Below, piece by piece: positions 50,943 to 60,417 of a stretch of DNA of 64,000 bases. Below the pieces are notes generated by a model. The model did no database searches. It was not told where the DNA came from and worked only from the letters and a program-made list of their open reading frames with translations. A program made the position numbers and the translations under genes. How positions within the stretch are numbered: position 1 is the first letter of the stretch; the number at the start of each line of letters is the position of its first letter. Source of the stretch: an uncultured Planctomycetota bacterium (GTDB lineage: Bacteria > Planctomycetota > Planctomycetia > Isosphaerales > Isosphaeraceae); assembly GCA_963845755.1 (NCBI GenBank), contig CAWJTV010000009.1, positions 1-64,000 on the forward strand. The letters run 5' to 3'.

Positions 50943-52028
50943 TCACGCAGTTCCAACCGGGATTTGAACGCGCCTGCGCCCTGCCATGGCCCGAGCTCGA
51001 TCCGGTGACTGCAATTGTGTTTCGGCACCCCGAGATCGACCGAGAGCCTGCCCGGCCGCCTCCGTGGCGGCCGCCGCTCCATCCCACAGGCCGCGGGCCA
51101 TGGCGTTGTCCATCGGCCGGAACAGCGAGGCGGCGATCCAAACCGGAAATGTCAGCCCGAAACCCATGTAGTAGGCCCCTGCGTAGGTGGCCCGCCCCAA
51201 CGCCCCAGGCCAACCGCTCGCGAGTTGCCGCGCCGGGACCTCGGCCGGTGCAACTTCTTGGATCTTCCCTAGGTCGCGGAGCCAACGCTCCTGGAAGATC
51301 CGCCGCGCCGTGACGTCAACCCGATGCATGAAAGTCAGGTTCAGGAGGGCGCCCGATATGGCGCCGACCCCGGGTATTTCCTCGAAGACCTCGAGCTGAA
51401 AGAGAAAGGCCAGGGCTTCCTGGGCTAGGACCTCCATCTGCGTTTCTTCGAGGAGCAGATCCTCGAGCTCGCGGAGTTGGCCGAGCCGCTGACGCCGGAT
51501 CTCCAGTGAGCCGGAACTTGCGGCGATGAGCACGCCCACGACGAAGGGACGGTCCTTCCGCCGATTGAGCGGATATCCGTAGCAATGACCGATCTTGAGG
51601 ATCGTCCGGAGCGCTACGACGAACAATATGGGGACATCAACCAAGGTGGTCAAGACGCCACCGGCACCCGTGGCTGCACCCTCGGCCGTGGCTAACGCCT
51701 GCATCGCTAGACCGACCTGTTTGGCCAGGTGGTCGCACTCCTCCAGCGACTTCTCCCGCAACGCCGTGAGGCTCTTCACGCCGGCCTGATTCTGGATGTC
51801 CTTGCGTCCGGCGAGTAGCTCAGAGGCGTCGTAGGATCGTTCCATCGCCAAGCGGACGACTGCGTCGGGGATCACCGTTTCCACGGCCTTGGCGACGGGG
51901 AGGGTGATCATTTTCCACAATTCGGAAAGGGGGTTGGTGGGCTCCGACTTCCAGGCGGCAATCTGCCGAACTTGCTCGGCCTCGTAGGCCGTCAATCCTC
52001 GTTGCGCGGGTATAGCGTGCTGGCTCAT
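50943..52028 (-). CDS. EcsC-family protein
   Basis: EGAATGAGG..LVDVP, IGHCYGY, IPGVGAISGA.LN. Confidence 0.85.
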   Translation of the reverse strand: MSQHAIPAQRGLTAYEAEQVRQIAAWKSEPTNPLSELWKMITLPVAKAVETVIPDAVVRLAMERSYDASELLAGRKDIQNQAGVKSLTALREKSLEECDHLAKQVGLAMQALATAEGAATGAGGVLTTLVDVPILFVVALRTILKIGHCYGYPLNRRKDRPFVVGVLIAASSGSLEIRRQRLGQLRELEDLLLEETQMEVLAQEALAFLFQLEVFEEIPGVGAISGALLNLTFMHRVDVTARRIFQERWLRDLGKIQEVAPAEVPARQLASGWPGALGRATYAGAYYMGFGLTFPVWIAASLFRPMDNAMARGLWDGAAAATEAAGQALGRSRGAETQLQSPDRARAMAGRRRVQIPVGTA

Positions 52029-52231
52029 GAAGGTTCCCGACTCGCGAATGGCTGAAATCGTGAGTGAAGAGACTCCCTTCGGCCGATCTGGACGTCGCAT
52101 GGCACCGGACTTACGCCGATCGCCGACTGATGATCCGAGGGGGTGCGTAGCCCCCTCAGCGTGGATATCGGTGGAATGTATGCAACCGGCGCGCCGACCT
52201 GCCCGCAAGCATCCCTGATTACTGTACGACC

Positions 52232-52522
52232 TTGAATATCCTCCACGTTGACCCCGAGATGGCGAACTGCCTCCGCACTTGCCGCGACTGTGCGGAACTG
52301 TGCTGGATCTGCTCGGGTTATACCAGCCGCGGCACGCAACTCGCGACGGACCTCTGCCGGGCGTGTGATCTCTGTGCGGCTGGGTGCGGAAAGCACCAGG
52401 CCGATCGCTGCCGCCAGTGTGCGGAGACGTGCCGACGCTGTGCCGAGGAATGCCGGTTGCGGGAGCGAGATACTGACATACCTACCGCGTTTCAGGTCAA
52501 CCGCCCATCGCTTGTGGGATGA
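52232..52522 (+). pseudogene. Cys-rich four-helix-bundle copper-binding protein (DUF326/Csp-like), 5' degraded
   Basis: Repeated CxxxC/CxxC (CLRTCRDCAELC, CRQCAETCRRCAEEC); no clear start codon or RBS. Confidence 0.7.
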
Positions 52523-52749
52523 GCCGAGTCGAGGAGCGCGTTCGACTGAAGCAGCATGGCTGGCATCGAATTGGCCGGTGGCTGCCCCACCAGGACGCGC
52601 TGGAAGACTGGCTCGAGGGCCTCACGAAGCAAGTACGTTCGAAGTCCGGCGTCGCCCTTCTCTATCCCGCAGTCGAGGAGTTTTGTGAGATGCTCAGCGG
52701 CGACCCGATCGTCCGCCTGCTCATCACGCAGTTGATTGAGCAGGTCCTA
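52519..52749 (+). pseudogene. N-terminal fragment resembling a phosphatidylserine decarboxylase-associated (PSDC) protein, truncated at a MITE
   Basis: HRIGRWLP..ALEDWL...LYPAVEEF..L..DPIVRLLITQLIEQV runs directly into the 153-bp element; no continuation after it. Confidence 0.6.
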
Positions 52750-52900
52750 ACGCGGCCTTCGGCCGCAACCCCATCGGGATTCCCGATTCGCGATTCCGGA
52801 TTCCCGAGGGGAATGATCCGGGAATCGGGAATCGCGAATCCGGAATTCGGAATCCCCAGAGGCGCGGCACGGCGCAGGGATCCTACGGAGGAAGACTCTA
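52748..52900 (+). mobile_element. 153-bp heptamer-repeat MITE-like element, copy 2
   Basis: Near-identical to 46778-46930. Confidence 0.8.
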
Positions 52901-53050
52901 CGCTTGTTCCGGGACTGCGCCCGGAACAAGTGGCCCCTGCGGGGTAGTTGAATTAAAAGTCAACCATCGACAACAAATTGTCGATGCGCGGCCCATAAGG
53001 GCCTAAACACCAAACCTTATACCAAGCGGCACCCGGAGAGCGTTGACCAC

Positions 53051-53414
53051 TGACCATCAGCGTGGCCGGGAGTCATGAGTCGGGGAAGTTGCCGCTGGTG
53101 GCCCGGATCCGGGAGGCCTGCGCCGGCGATCTGACGCTGCTCAAGGCGCGCCTGGCCGGTCTCGCGGTCGAGCCGGAACTGCTCGACCAGCTCCTCGACG
53201 CGAAATGGGTCGAGGCGCCCGACTACGCGACCTGGACCGATTCCGAGGGTCGCCGGGACCACGCCAAACGCCAGGCGGCCGTCGACAGAGACTTGCTCGT
53301 CCTGGTCACCGACGGCCGACAGAAGAGCGGCCAGGCCGACGTGGCGTTCGCCCAGGCGTGGGACCGCTGGTTCATCGAGCACCCGCGCGTCGAGGTCCTG
53401 CCGAGCCTGGTCGT
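53051..53414 (+). pseudogene. Internal fragment of the GTPase-like gene (duplicate)
   Basis: VAGSHESGKLPLV...WFIEHPRVE matches 38119-38494, with substitutions and a 12-bp deletion. Confidence 0.85.
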
Positions 53415-53589
53415 TTGGCCTGGGACTTGATGATCGCCGTCCTGGGCCGAGTCATCACGGCTCGTTGAATCTGACGCGCTTTCTTTCAAACCGGCAAGCG
53501 ATTTGCTGATATCTCGAATCAAAGCAATCCGACCGGCGACTTCCGCCGGACGATTGATCTCAATTGGGCTCTTGCCAGGAGGACACATC

Positions 53590-54132
53590 GTGGATATCGA
53601 CAAGCGCGAGAAGAAAGTCGACCTGCCGCCCAAGGGCAGCCGCAATCCCGACCCCATCACCGACGCGCCGGGCTCGCATCCCATCGAAACCGGCATCGGG
53701 GCCGCTGTGGCCGGGGCCGCCAGCGGAGTGGCTGTCGGCGCGGTCACGGGCCCCGTCGGTGCCGCTGTCGGTGCGGCCGTGGGCGCCGTCGCCGGTGGCT
53801 ATGCCGGCAAGGGGGTCGGCGAGCTGATCGACCCGACGACCGAGGACAACTGGCTCCGCGACAATTTTAGTTCGCGTCCCTACGTGCATCCGGGGGATAC
53901 GTTCGAGACGTATGAGCCCGCCTATCGCTATGGAGCCGAGGGCGAGCTGAATTTCCCGGAGATGGACTTCGACGCGATCGACGATAAGCTCGAGAACAAG
54001 TGGTACGACAAGGGAGCCGTGATTCCGTGGGAGCACGCCCGCGGGGCCGTCAAGGATTCCTACGAGCGTGCTCGCCAGATCCGCAGAGAACGGGCGGATG
54101 CTGCCCTCGCTGAGCCGGTCCTGGAAGACTGA
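53590..54132 (+). CDS. Glycine-zipper hypothetical protein, copy 2
   Basis: Identical to 39172-39714 except E>D near the C-terminus. Confidence 0.85.
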   Translation: MDIDKREKKVDLPPKGSRNPDPITDAPGSHPIETGIGAAVAGAASGVAVGAVTGPVGAAVGAAVGAVAGGYAGKGVGELIDPTTEDNWLRDNFSSRPYVHPGDTFETYEPAYRYGAEGELNFPEMDFDAIDDKLENKWYDKGAVIPWEHARGAVKDSYERARQIRRERADAALAEPVLED

Positions 54133-54520
54133 AAAACGACGACGAAAACGCAAGAAGCCGCCCTCCCGGGTCATCCCGGGTGGCGCGGCTTTTTTCGTTT
54201 GACGGGGCGATACGCCGTCTTATGCCTTGACGATGGAACCATCAGCCCTGCGCCCGCCCCTGGAGTCTTCTCAGTGCACGGCGAGCCGCTTCATTTTGCA
54301 CGGGGTGGGGAAACAGGGACGCAGGGTGGGGAAACAAGGACGTCGCTGGCGTCCTGATTCTTCCACCCGCCGAGTACTCGCCCATGTGACCAGAGTGTGA
54401 GTGCCGTAGGCGATTCGATATGCGATAATCCACCCGGTGAAGCGTGCGGCGCGGCCAGAAGCTCCCGTCGTCGGGGACACAGTGCCAACGGCTCGCGCCC
54501 GATGTCGGGAGACCCATCTC

Positions 54521-57500
54521 ATGGCCGCCGTCTACGCGGAACGCAACCTCCTCTTCGGATTGCTGGCACTCCAGAACGGCCTGATCGATCAGGACCAGCT
54601 CGTCGCCGCGTTCCGGGCTTGGAGTCGCGATAAGGGCCGCCCGATCGCGGAATATCTGGTCGACCGCGGCGACCTGAATGCCAACCAGTGCGGTGTGGTC
54701 CAGGCGATGGTCGGGCTCCATGAGGAGAAACATGGCGGGATCATCGAGAAGAGCCTGGCCGCCATCCCCGCCGGACGATCCACACGCGAAAGTCTCGCCG
54801 CACTCGGCGACAGTCAAATCGAGAGAACTCTCGCCCACGTCGGCTCCGGTCCGGCATCGAGCCAGTCCGATGCCGACGACGACCGCACCGCCAGCTACTC
54901 CGTCGGTTCGGCGACCTCCGACGGGCAGCGGTTCCGCGTCCTGCGGCCCCATGCGCGGGGCGGCCTCGGCGCCGTCTTCGTCGCGCTGGACACGGAGTTG
55001 CATCGCGAGGTGGCTCTGAAGCAGATCCTCGACCATCACGCCGACGATCCTACCAGCCGCTCGCGCTTCCTCCTGGAGGCGGAGGTGACCGGTGGGCTGG
55101 AGCACCCCGGCATCGTCCCGGTCTACGGCCTGGGGACCTACGGCGACGGCCGGCCCTATTACGCCATGCGGTTCATCCGCGGCGACTCGCTCAAGGAGGC
55201 CATCGATCACTTCCACGCCGATGACGCTCTGAAAAAGGAGCCCGGCCGCCGCTCGCTGGACCTGCGGAACCTCCTGCGTCGTTTTACGGATGTCTGCAAT
55301 GCCATCGAATACGCGCACAGCCGTGGCGTCCTGCATCGCGACATCAAGCCGGGCAACATCATCGTGGGCAAGCACGGTGAGACACTCGTCGTCGACTGGG
55401 GACTGGCCAAGCCCCTGGGACGGGTCGAGCCGGGGTCCGCATCGGGCGAGCGGACGCTGATGCCGAGCTCGGCTAGCGGCAGTGCCGACACGCTGCCGGG
55501 CAGCGCCCTGGGGACCCCGGCTTATATGAGTCCCGAGCAGGCCGAGGGCGACCTCGAGCACCTGGGGCCGCGCTCGGACGTCTACAGCCTGGGCGCGACG
55601 CTCTACTGCTTGCTCACCGGCAAGCCGCCGTTCGAAGGGGAAGTCGCCCAAGTGATCCGCGGCGTGCAGAAAGGGGGATTCCGGCCGCCTCGGGCGGTCG
55701 ATCCGACGATCGACCGGGCCTTGGAGGCGGTCTGCCTCAAAGCGATGGCTCTCAAGCCGGATGATCGCCATGCCTCGCCCAAGGCGCTGGCCGAGGACGT
55801 GGAGCGGTGGATGGCTGACGAGTCGGTCACCGCCTGGCGCGAGCCGTGGGTGAGGAGGGCGCGGCGGTGGGCCCGGCGCAACCGAACGGCGGTGGCGGCC
55901 GCGGGCGCCACAGTGCTCGTGGCGCTGGTCGGGACGGCTGCCGTGCTGGCGGTCCAGACCCGGGCGAATGCGAACCTGAAGGCAGCCAACACGGCGCTCG
56001 CGGCCTCCAACCAGCGCGAGCGGGCAAGGTTCGAGCTGGCCCAGGAGGCGGTCCGGATGTTCCACACGGGAGTCAGCGAGGATCTGCTGCTCAAACAGAA
56101 GGAGTTCGGCGCGCTGCGCACCAAGCTGCTGCGCGGGGCACAGGAGTTCTATCGCAAGCTCGAGGGACTGCTGGTGGGGCAGACGGATCGGGACTCCCGC
56201 CGGGCGCTGGGACGCGCCTACCACGAGGTGGGCGAGCTCACGATGCAACTCGACTCGATGAAGGATTCGCTGGCGATGCATCGGCGTGCCCTGGCCCTGT
56301 TCGAGGACCTGGCGAGCGAGGCCCTAGCCGACGCGGAGCTCCAAAACGACGTCGCACAGAGCAACGTTGCCGTCGCACTCCGGCTCTTGAGCGTCGGACA
56401 GAAGGACAAGGCCCTGGCCGCCATCGGCCGGGCACGCGCGATCGCCCAGGCTCTGGTCGACGCCGACCCCGCCGATCTCGGTCGTCGGAGCGAGCTGGCC
56501 CGGATCGAACATCTTCATGGAGAGCTTCTCGTGGAGAACTCGCGCACGGCCGAGGGCCTGAACACGCTCGAGCAAGCCAGTGCGATCCTGGAAGAGCTGG
56601 TCAGGAGTAGCCCTTCGGTCGAGCAGCTCCGATTCGCGCTCGCCCAGACGTGCGACTCGCTGGCCTCGCGCCTTGACAATGCGGGCCGAAGGGATGAGGC
56701 TCTGGCTGTCTACGGCCGGGCACGTGACCTGGGCGAGACGCTCTTCCGCCCCGACCCGACCAATGCAAAGATTGCCCATGAGCTGGTCCGGACCCTCGGC
56801 AACATGGCGATCGCCCTGGAGGGCGCCGGCCGCCAGAACGAGGCGCTCGCGGCCTCCGACCGGGCTCGCGAGGTGCTCGGAGCGATGGGGGACGCCAACC
56901 CGACTCTCCTCTCCGTCACCCGCGATCGCGCCTGGATCGACGTGACGACCGCAGAAATCCTGATGGGGTCTGCTAGACCTGCCGAGGCCCTGCCGGTGTT
57001 CGAGCGGGCCAGGAAGGCCCGGGAGATCCTGGTGAAGGCGGACAGTTCCGTCATCCGGGACCAGATGCAGCTCGTCAGGATCCACTGGCAGATCGCGCGG
57101 ATTCACGCCCAGGCCGGACGGGTGTCCGAGACACGGGCATCGTACGAATCGGCGGCGACGGTCGCGTCGAGGCTGGCCGAGGCTCACCCAGGCGACCTCG
57201 CCCTCCAGTCTCAGCCCGTCGGGGTCTACGAAGAACTCGCTGATTTCCACTGCGCGACTGGCAAGCCTTCGGAGGCGCTGCCGTGGTCAGACAAGGCCAT
57301 GGCGATGCATCGCAAATTGTTCGAGGCCGATCCATCTCAGCAGAGGAACCTGGTCGGCGGCCTCAGGCACCACGGGATCGTCCTCCAGAAGTGCGGCCGA
57401 CTCACCCAGGCGGTCTCGGCCTTCCAGGAGGGGATCACCGTCCTCGAAGGTCTGACGAGCCCGAGACCTGTCGACGTCTACGACATCGCCTGCCTCCAAT

Positions 57501-57715
57501 CGCTGATCTCCGGCGCCGCCGATGAGGCCGCCGATGGCCGGGCCGAGGCGGACAAGGCGATGGAGCTGCTGCGCCGGGCCGTCACCGCCGGCTGGACTCG
57601 GGCCGACCACATGCGGATCGACACCGACCTCGACCCGATCCGCTCGCGACCTGACTTCCAGCTCCTGATTATGGACCTGGTCTGGCCGGTCGATCCGTTC
57701 GCTCGCCCTGACTGA
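54521..57715 (+). CDS. Hanks-type Ser/Thr protein kinase with TM helix and TPR repeats
   Basis: NLLFGLLALQNG N-terminus; HARGGLGAV, VALKQI, HRDIKPGN, DWGLAK, GTPAYMSPEQ; C-terminal YDIAC...DTDLDPIRSRPDF. Confidence 0.95.
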   Translation: MAAVYAERNLLFGLLALQNGLIDQDQLVAAFRAWSRDKGRPIAEYLVDRGDLNANQCGVVQAMVGLHEEKHGGIIEKSLAAIPAGRSTRESLAALGDSQIERTLAHVGSGPASSQSDADDDRTASYSVGSATSDGQRFRVLRPHARGGLGAVFVALDTELHREVALKQILDHHADDPTSRSRFLLEAEVTGGLEHPGIVPVYGLGTYGDGRPYYAMRFIRGDSLKEAIDHFHADDALKKEPGRRSLDLRNLLRRFTDVCNAIEYAHSRGVLHRDIKPGNIIVGKHGETLVVDWGLAKPLGRVEPGSASGERTLMPSSASGSADTLPGSALGTPAYMSPEQAEGDLEHLGPRSDVYSLGATLYCLLTGKPPFEGEVAQVIRGVQKGGFRPPRAVDPTIDRALEAVCLKAMALKPDDRHASPKALAEDVERWMADESVTAWREPWVRRARRWARRNRTAVAAAGATVLVALVGTAAVLAVQTRANANLKAANTALAASNQRERARFELAQEAVRMFHTGVSEDLLLKQKEFGALRTKLLRGAQEFYRKLEGLLVGQTDRDSRRALGRAYHEVGELTMQLDSMKDSLAMHRRALALFEDLASEALADAELQNDVAQSNVAVALRLLSVGQKDKALAAIGRARAIAQALVDADPADLGRRSELARIEHLHGELLVENSRTAEGLNTLEQASAILEELVRSSPSVEQLRFALAQTCDSLASRLDNAGRRDEALAVYGRARDLGETLFRPDPTNAKIAHELVRTLGNMAIALEGAGRQNEALAASDRAREVLGAMGDANPTLLSVTRDRAWIDVTTAEILMGSARPAEALPVFERARKAREILVKADSSVIRDQMQLVRIHWQIARIHAQAGRVSETRASYESAATVASRLAEAHPGDLALQSQPVGVYEELADFHCATGKPSEALPWSDKAMAMHRKLFEADPSQQRNLVGGLRHHGIVLQKCGRLTQAVSAFQEGITVLEGLTSPRPVDVYDIACLQSLISGAADEAADGRAEADKAMELLRRAVTAGWTRADHMRIDTDLDPIRSRPDFQLLIMDLVWPVDPFARPD

Positions 57716-57733
57716 GTCGGGTACGCTTTCCGT

Positions 57734-57870
57734 TTGTCGATATGCGCGATGTCCCCGTTTTTCCTTCTTCTTGTCGATATGCGCGATGTCCCCGTTTTTC
57801 CTTCTTGTCCCCGTTTTTCCTTCTCGTGCCATTCGGGTCAGGAGCCAAAACGCGAAATCGGCTCCTGACC
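57734..57870. repeat. 37-bp tandem repeat (2 full + 1 partial) plus hairpin
   Basis: TTGTCGATATGCGCGATGTCCCCGTTTTTCCTTCTT(C) x2 plus TGTCCCCGTTTTTCCTTCT; then GGTCAGGAGCC-N13-GGCTCCTGACC. Confidence 0.85.
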
Positions 57871-57882
57871 TCTTTGATTCCC

Positions 57883-58167
57883 TCAGTCCCGATCCTGATA
57901 GATATCGCGGCGATGCCCGACACGGACAATCAGAACGATCAGCTCTTCATCTCGCACCGCGTAAATGACACGGTAGTCCCCTACACGGATCCGATAGAGA
58001 TCGTCCTCTCCCTCAAGCTTGATCGAGCCGCGGGGCCGCGGCTCAGCCGCAAGGTCATCGATGCGTCGGACCAGCCGCTCTTGCAAGGAGTTCGGAAGCT
58101 TCCTGACCTGACGGGCAGCCGAGGGTGCGAACTGGACTCGATATCCATCGGACGGATCAGTTGCCAT
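57883..58167 (-). CDS. RelE/ParE-family toxin (RelE/StbE-like)
   Basis: YRVQFAPSAARQVRKL, PRPRGSIKLEG, YRIRVGDYRVIY, VRVGHRRDIY. Confidence 0.93.
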   Translation of the reverse strand: MATDPSDGYRVQFAPSAARQVRKLPNSLQERLVRRIDDLAAEPRPRGSIKLEGEDDLYRIRVGDYRVIYAVRDEELIVLIVRVGHRRDIYQDRD

Positions 58168-58207
58168 GCTGTGTGTAACCGGGTTTTCTCGGATTTCTTC
58201 TGCCTAG

Positions 58208-59855
58208 GAGCCTGTCCGAGAATTCGCCCGTGTCTCGCCTTGGCCCCTGGGTTCCCACCGGGCCTTGGCCATTTCGGCCTCGGCCGCGCCCTCGGCGCGC
58301 ACTATCCCACTCAACTCTCGGCGGCGGCGCAGGTGTGGCGCCAAATCTTCAGTAGATTGTGGGTCAGGCAGATCAGTTGCCACTCGGCGGAGACTTTCTC
58401 CAAGCCACGGAGCAGAAACTGGCGAATCCCCCGCGCGAATTTGATCTGGCCGAAGACCGGTTCGACGATCTGCTTCCGCGCCGCGTACAGGGCTTTGCCG
58501 GCCGCCGTACGCAGTTTGTGCTGCATCTTCTCGTTCACACTCGCTTCCGGTGCGGGAGCCGTCGTCGCCGACGTCACCGCAGCCACGTGGTGCTTCTGAC
58601 GCTCAACAGCCACATACGGGTCCATGCCGAGCTGCTCCAGTCCCGCCACCGCTTTCGCGCTGAAATAGCCCGTGTCCGCCGTGTTCGGAATCGGCGTCGG
58701 GGTCCCGTCGCTGGCCATCGGCCGCGGGATCCCAGCCGCCTCCAGATTGTTTAAGGCTGCTTGCGCCATCGGCACCGCCTGTTCCTTGTCGTTGGGCGCT
58801 GAGGTCACGTCCGGGGCGACGATGATCTGGTGCGCGCCATCCACCACCGCCTGGGCGTTGTACGAATAATCGAACCCCTTGTTGCTCTGCTTCATGATCT
58901 TCGCTTCGGGGTCGGTGAAGTTCATTTGCGCCTTCTCCTCGGGACTCGGATCGATCGGAGCCGGTGGCTTGCCCCGGCGTTTGCGGCCGTCCGCTTCCCG
59001 CTGGGCTTGGGCCTGATCCCGGCGGCGTTGTTCTTCGTCCGCCCGGGCAGCCGCCTCGGCTTCCAGCCGCGCTTTCGCCTCGCGAATCTTGGCCAACCGA
59101 TCGTCACGCCGCTTCAATTCCGCCGGCAGTTCGTCGCCGCGACGGCTCCCCAACGCCGCATCTTGCTCGGCGTCGAGCTGCTCAGCTTCCTGGAGCATTT
59201 GCTCGATCTCGGCCTTCAGCCGTTCGATTTCCTTCCCCATGTAGCCGTAGCTCATCGCCTTGTGCCGCGAGGCGTTGGCCCCCATCTTGGTCCCGTCGGT
59301 GGACAGGTTCCCCAACTTGACCATCCCCAACTCGCCCGCGATGCGCAGCACCTCAAGGAACAGGGGCCGCAGTGCCGCCAGGTGGATCTTGCGAAAATCG
59401 CTGATAGTGCGGAAGTCGGGCCGATCGATACCGACAATGGCTCGGAACGCCAGATTGCGCTCACAGGCGGCGGCGATCTTCCGGCTGGAGCGGACACCGA
59501 TGCAGTAGGCATAGACCAGCAGCGTCACCATCATGGTCACGTCGAAGGGGGGTTGGCCGCGCAGTTCCTGGGCATAATGCTTGTGGAACGGAGTGAGGTC
59601 AAGCTGCGGGATGAGATCGATGAGGAAGAACACCAGATCGTCTTCGGGGAGCGCCTCCCGCGGCGAGATGGCGTCGTGACCATTCTGTCGAGGGTCCCAG
59701 GCTCGGTAGGTCTTGCGTCGGCCCTCCATGATTCGGCTCCCCGATCAGGCACCAAGGTAGAGGAAAGGTCGGAAACCCGCATTGTGCCCGAACCGACTCC
59801 GTCCGTACACCTGGCTCATCCGCGACAATGCGGGTCAGAGTTCTCAGACAGGCTC
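58208..59855 (-). mobile_element. IS1182-family insertion sequence
   Basis: IRs GAGCCTGTCCGAGAATTC / GAGTTCTCAGACAGGCTC (16/18); CTAG on both flanks (58204-58207, 59856-59859). Confidence 0.9.
58311..59729 (-). CDS. IS1182-family transposase
   Basis: GVRSSRKI, PDFRTISDFRK, DGTKMGANASRHKAMSY, FTDPEAKIMK, YNAQAVVD, ADTGY, YAARKQIVEPVFGQIK. Confidence 0.95.
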   Translation of the reverse strand: MEGRRKTYRAWDPRQNGHDAISPREALPEDDLVFFLIDLIPQLDLTPFHKHYAQELRGQPPFDVTMMVTLLVYAYCIGVRSSRKIAAACERNLAFRAIVGIDRPDFRTISDFRKIHLAALRPLFLEVLRIAGELGMVKLGNLSTDGTKMGANASRHKAMSYGYMGKEIERLKAEIEQMLQEAEQLDAEQDAALGSRRGDELPAELKRRDDRLAKIREAKARLEAEAAARADEEQRRRDQAQAQREADGRKRRGKPPAPIDPSPEEKAQMNFTDPEAKIMKQSNKGFDYSYNAQAVVDGAHQIIVAPDVTSAPNDKEQAVPMAQAALNNLEAAGIPRPMASDGTPTPIPNTADTGYFSAKAVAGLEQLGMDPYVAVERQKHHVAAVTSATTAPAPEASVNEKMQHKLRTAAGKALYAARKQIVEPVFGQIKFARGIRQFLLRGLEKVSAEWQLICLTHNLLKIWRHTCAAAES

Positions 59856-60111
59856 CTAGAGGCTTGGGTTTCTCTTCGTGGCAATCGCTCCACGTGGAGA
59901 GTGAATTGTACAAACTTGGTCCGCACGCGCCAATGGAATCATTCGCCATACGGACTAGGTCTAGTCTAGACACGCCATTCGTGGACGGTTTACACTAGAC
60001 ACTCTAGGCGATACCACGCATAATATACGTACCGTTCAAATGGCTCAACACTGCCGACCATCGAGAATCGATTCTCCGGTGTTTGTACAAAATTCGACTG
60101 CGGGAGTGGAC

Positions 60112-60399
60112 ATGATCAAGATAACGACCAGCAAAGCGCGGCAGGAATTTGCCCGCGTGCTCAGAAAAATCAAGAACGGTAAGAGGTTCCTCTTGGAGCG
60201 ACACAACAAGGGAGTAGCCGCTATCGTTTCGGTCGAAGACTTAGCCTTGCTGGAAGCGATCGAGAACCGGCACGATCTTGAGGAGGCGCGCCGCGCTTTG
60301 GCGGAAGTCGCCGAGAAGGGCGCCATTCCCTGGGAGCAAGTCAAGGCCGAACTCGGCTTTAAAGATGTGCGCACAAACGACCAGGCGCCCGATTCCTGA
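60112..60399 (+). CDS. Phd/YefM-family antitoxin
   Basis: ITTSKARQEFARVL, LLERHNKGVAAIVSVEDL, IPWEQVKAELG; GGAG RBS; TTGTACAA palindrome upstream. Confidence 0.88.
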   Translation: MIKITTSKARQEFARVLRKIKNGKRFLLERHNKGVAAIVSVEDLALLEAIENRHDLEEARRALAEVAEKGAIPWEQVKAELGFKDVRTNDQAPDS

Positions 60400-60417
60400 T
60401 CATTCGGTTTTCCTCTC

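Larger units (their letters stand above)
53041..54336 (+). repeat. Long direct repeat, copy 2 (lacks ~38495-38997 of copy 1)
   Basis: Aligns to 38116-38494 and 38998-39919. Confidence 0.95.

Noticed and set aside
57734..57824. 37-bp repeats as a CRISPR array
   Set aside because: The copies are directly adjacent with no spacers, there are only 2.5 units, and no cas genes are present.
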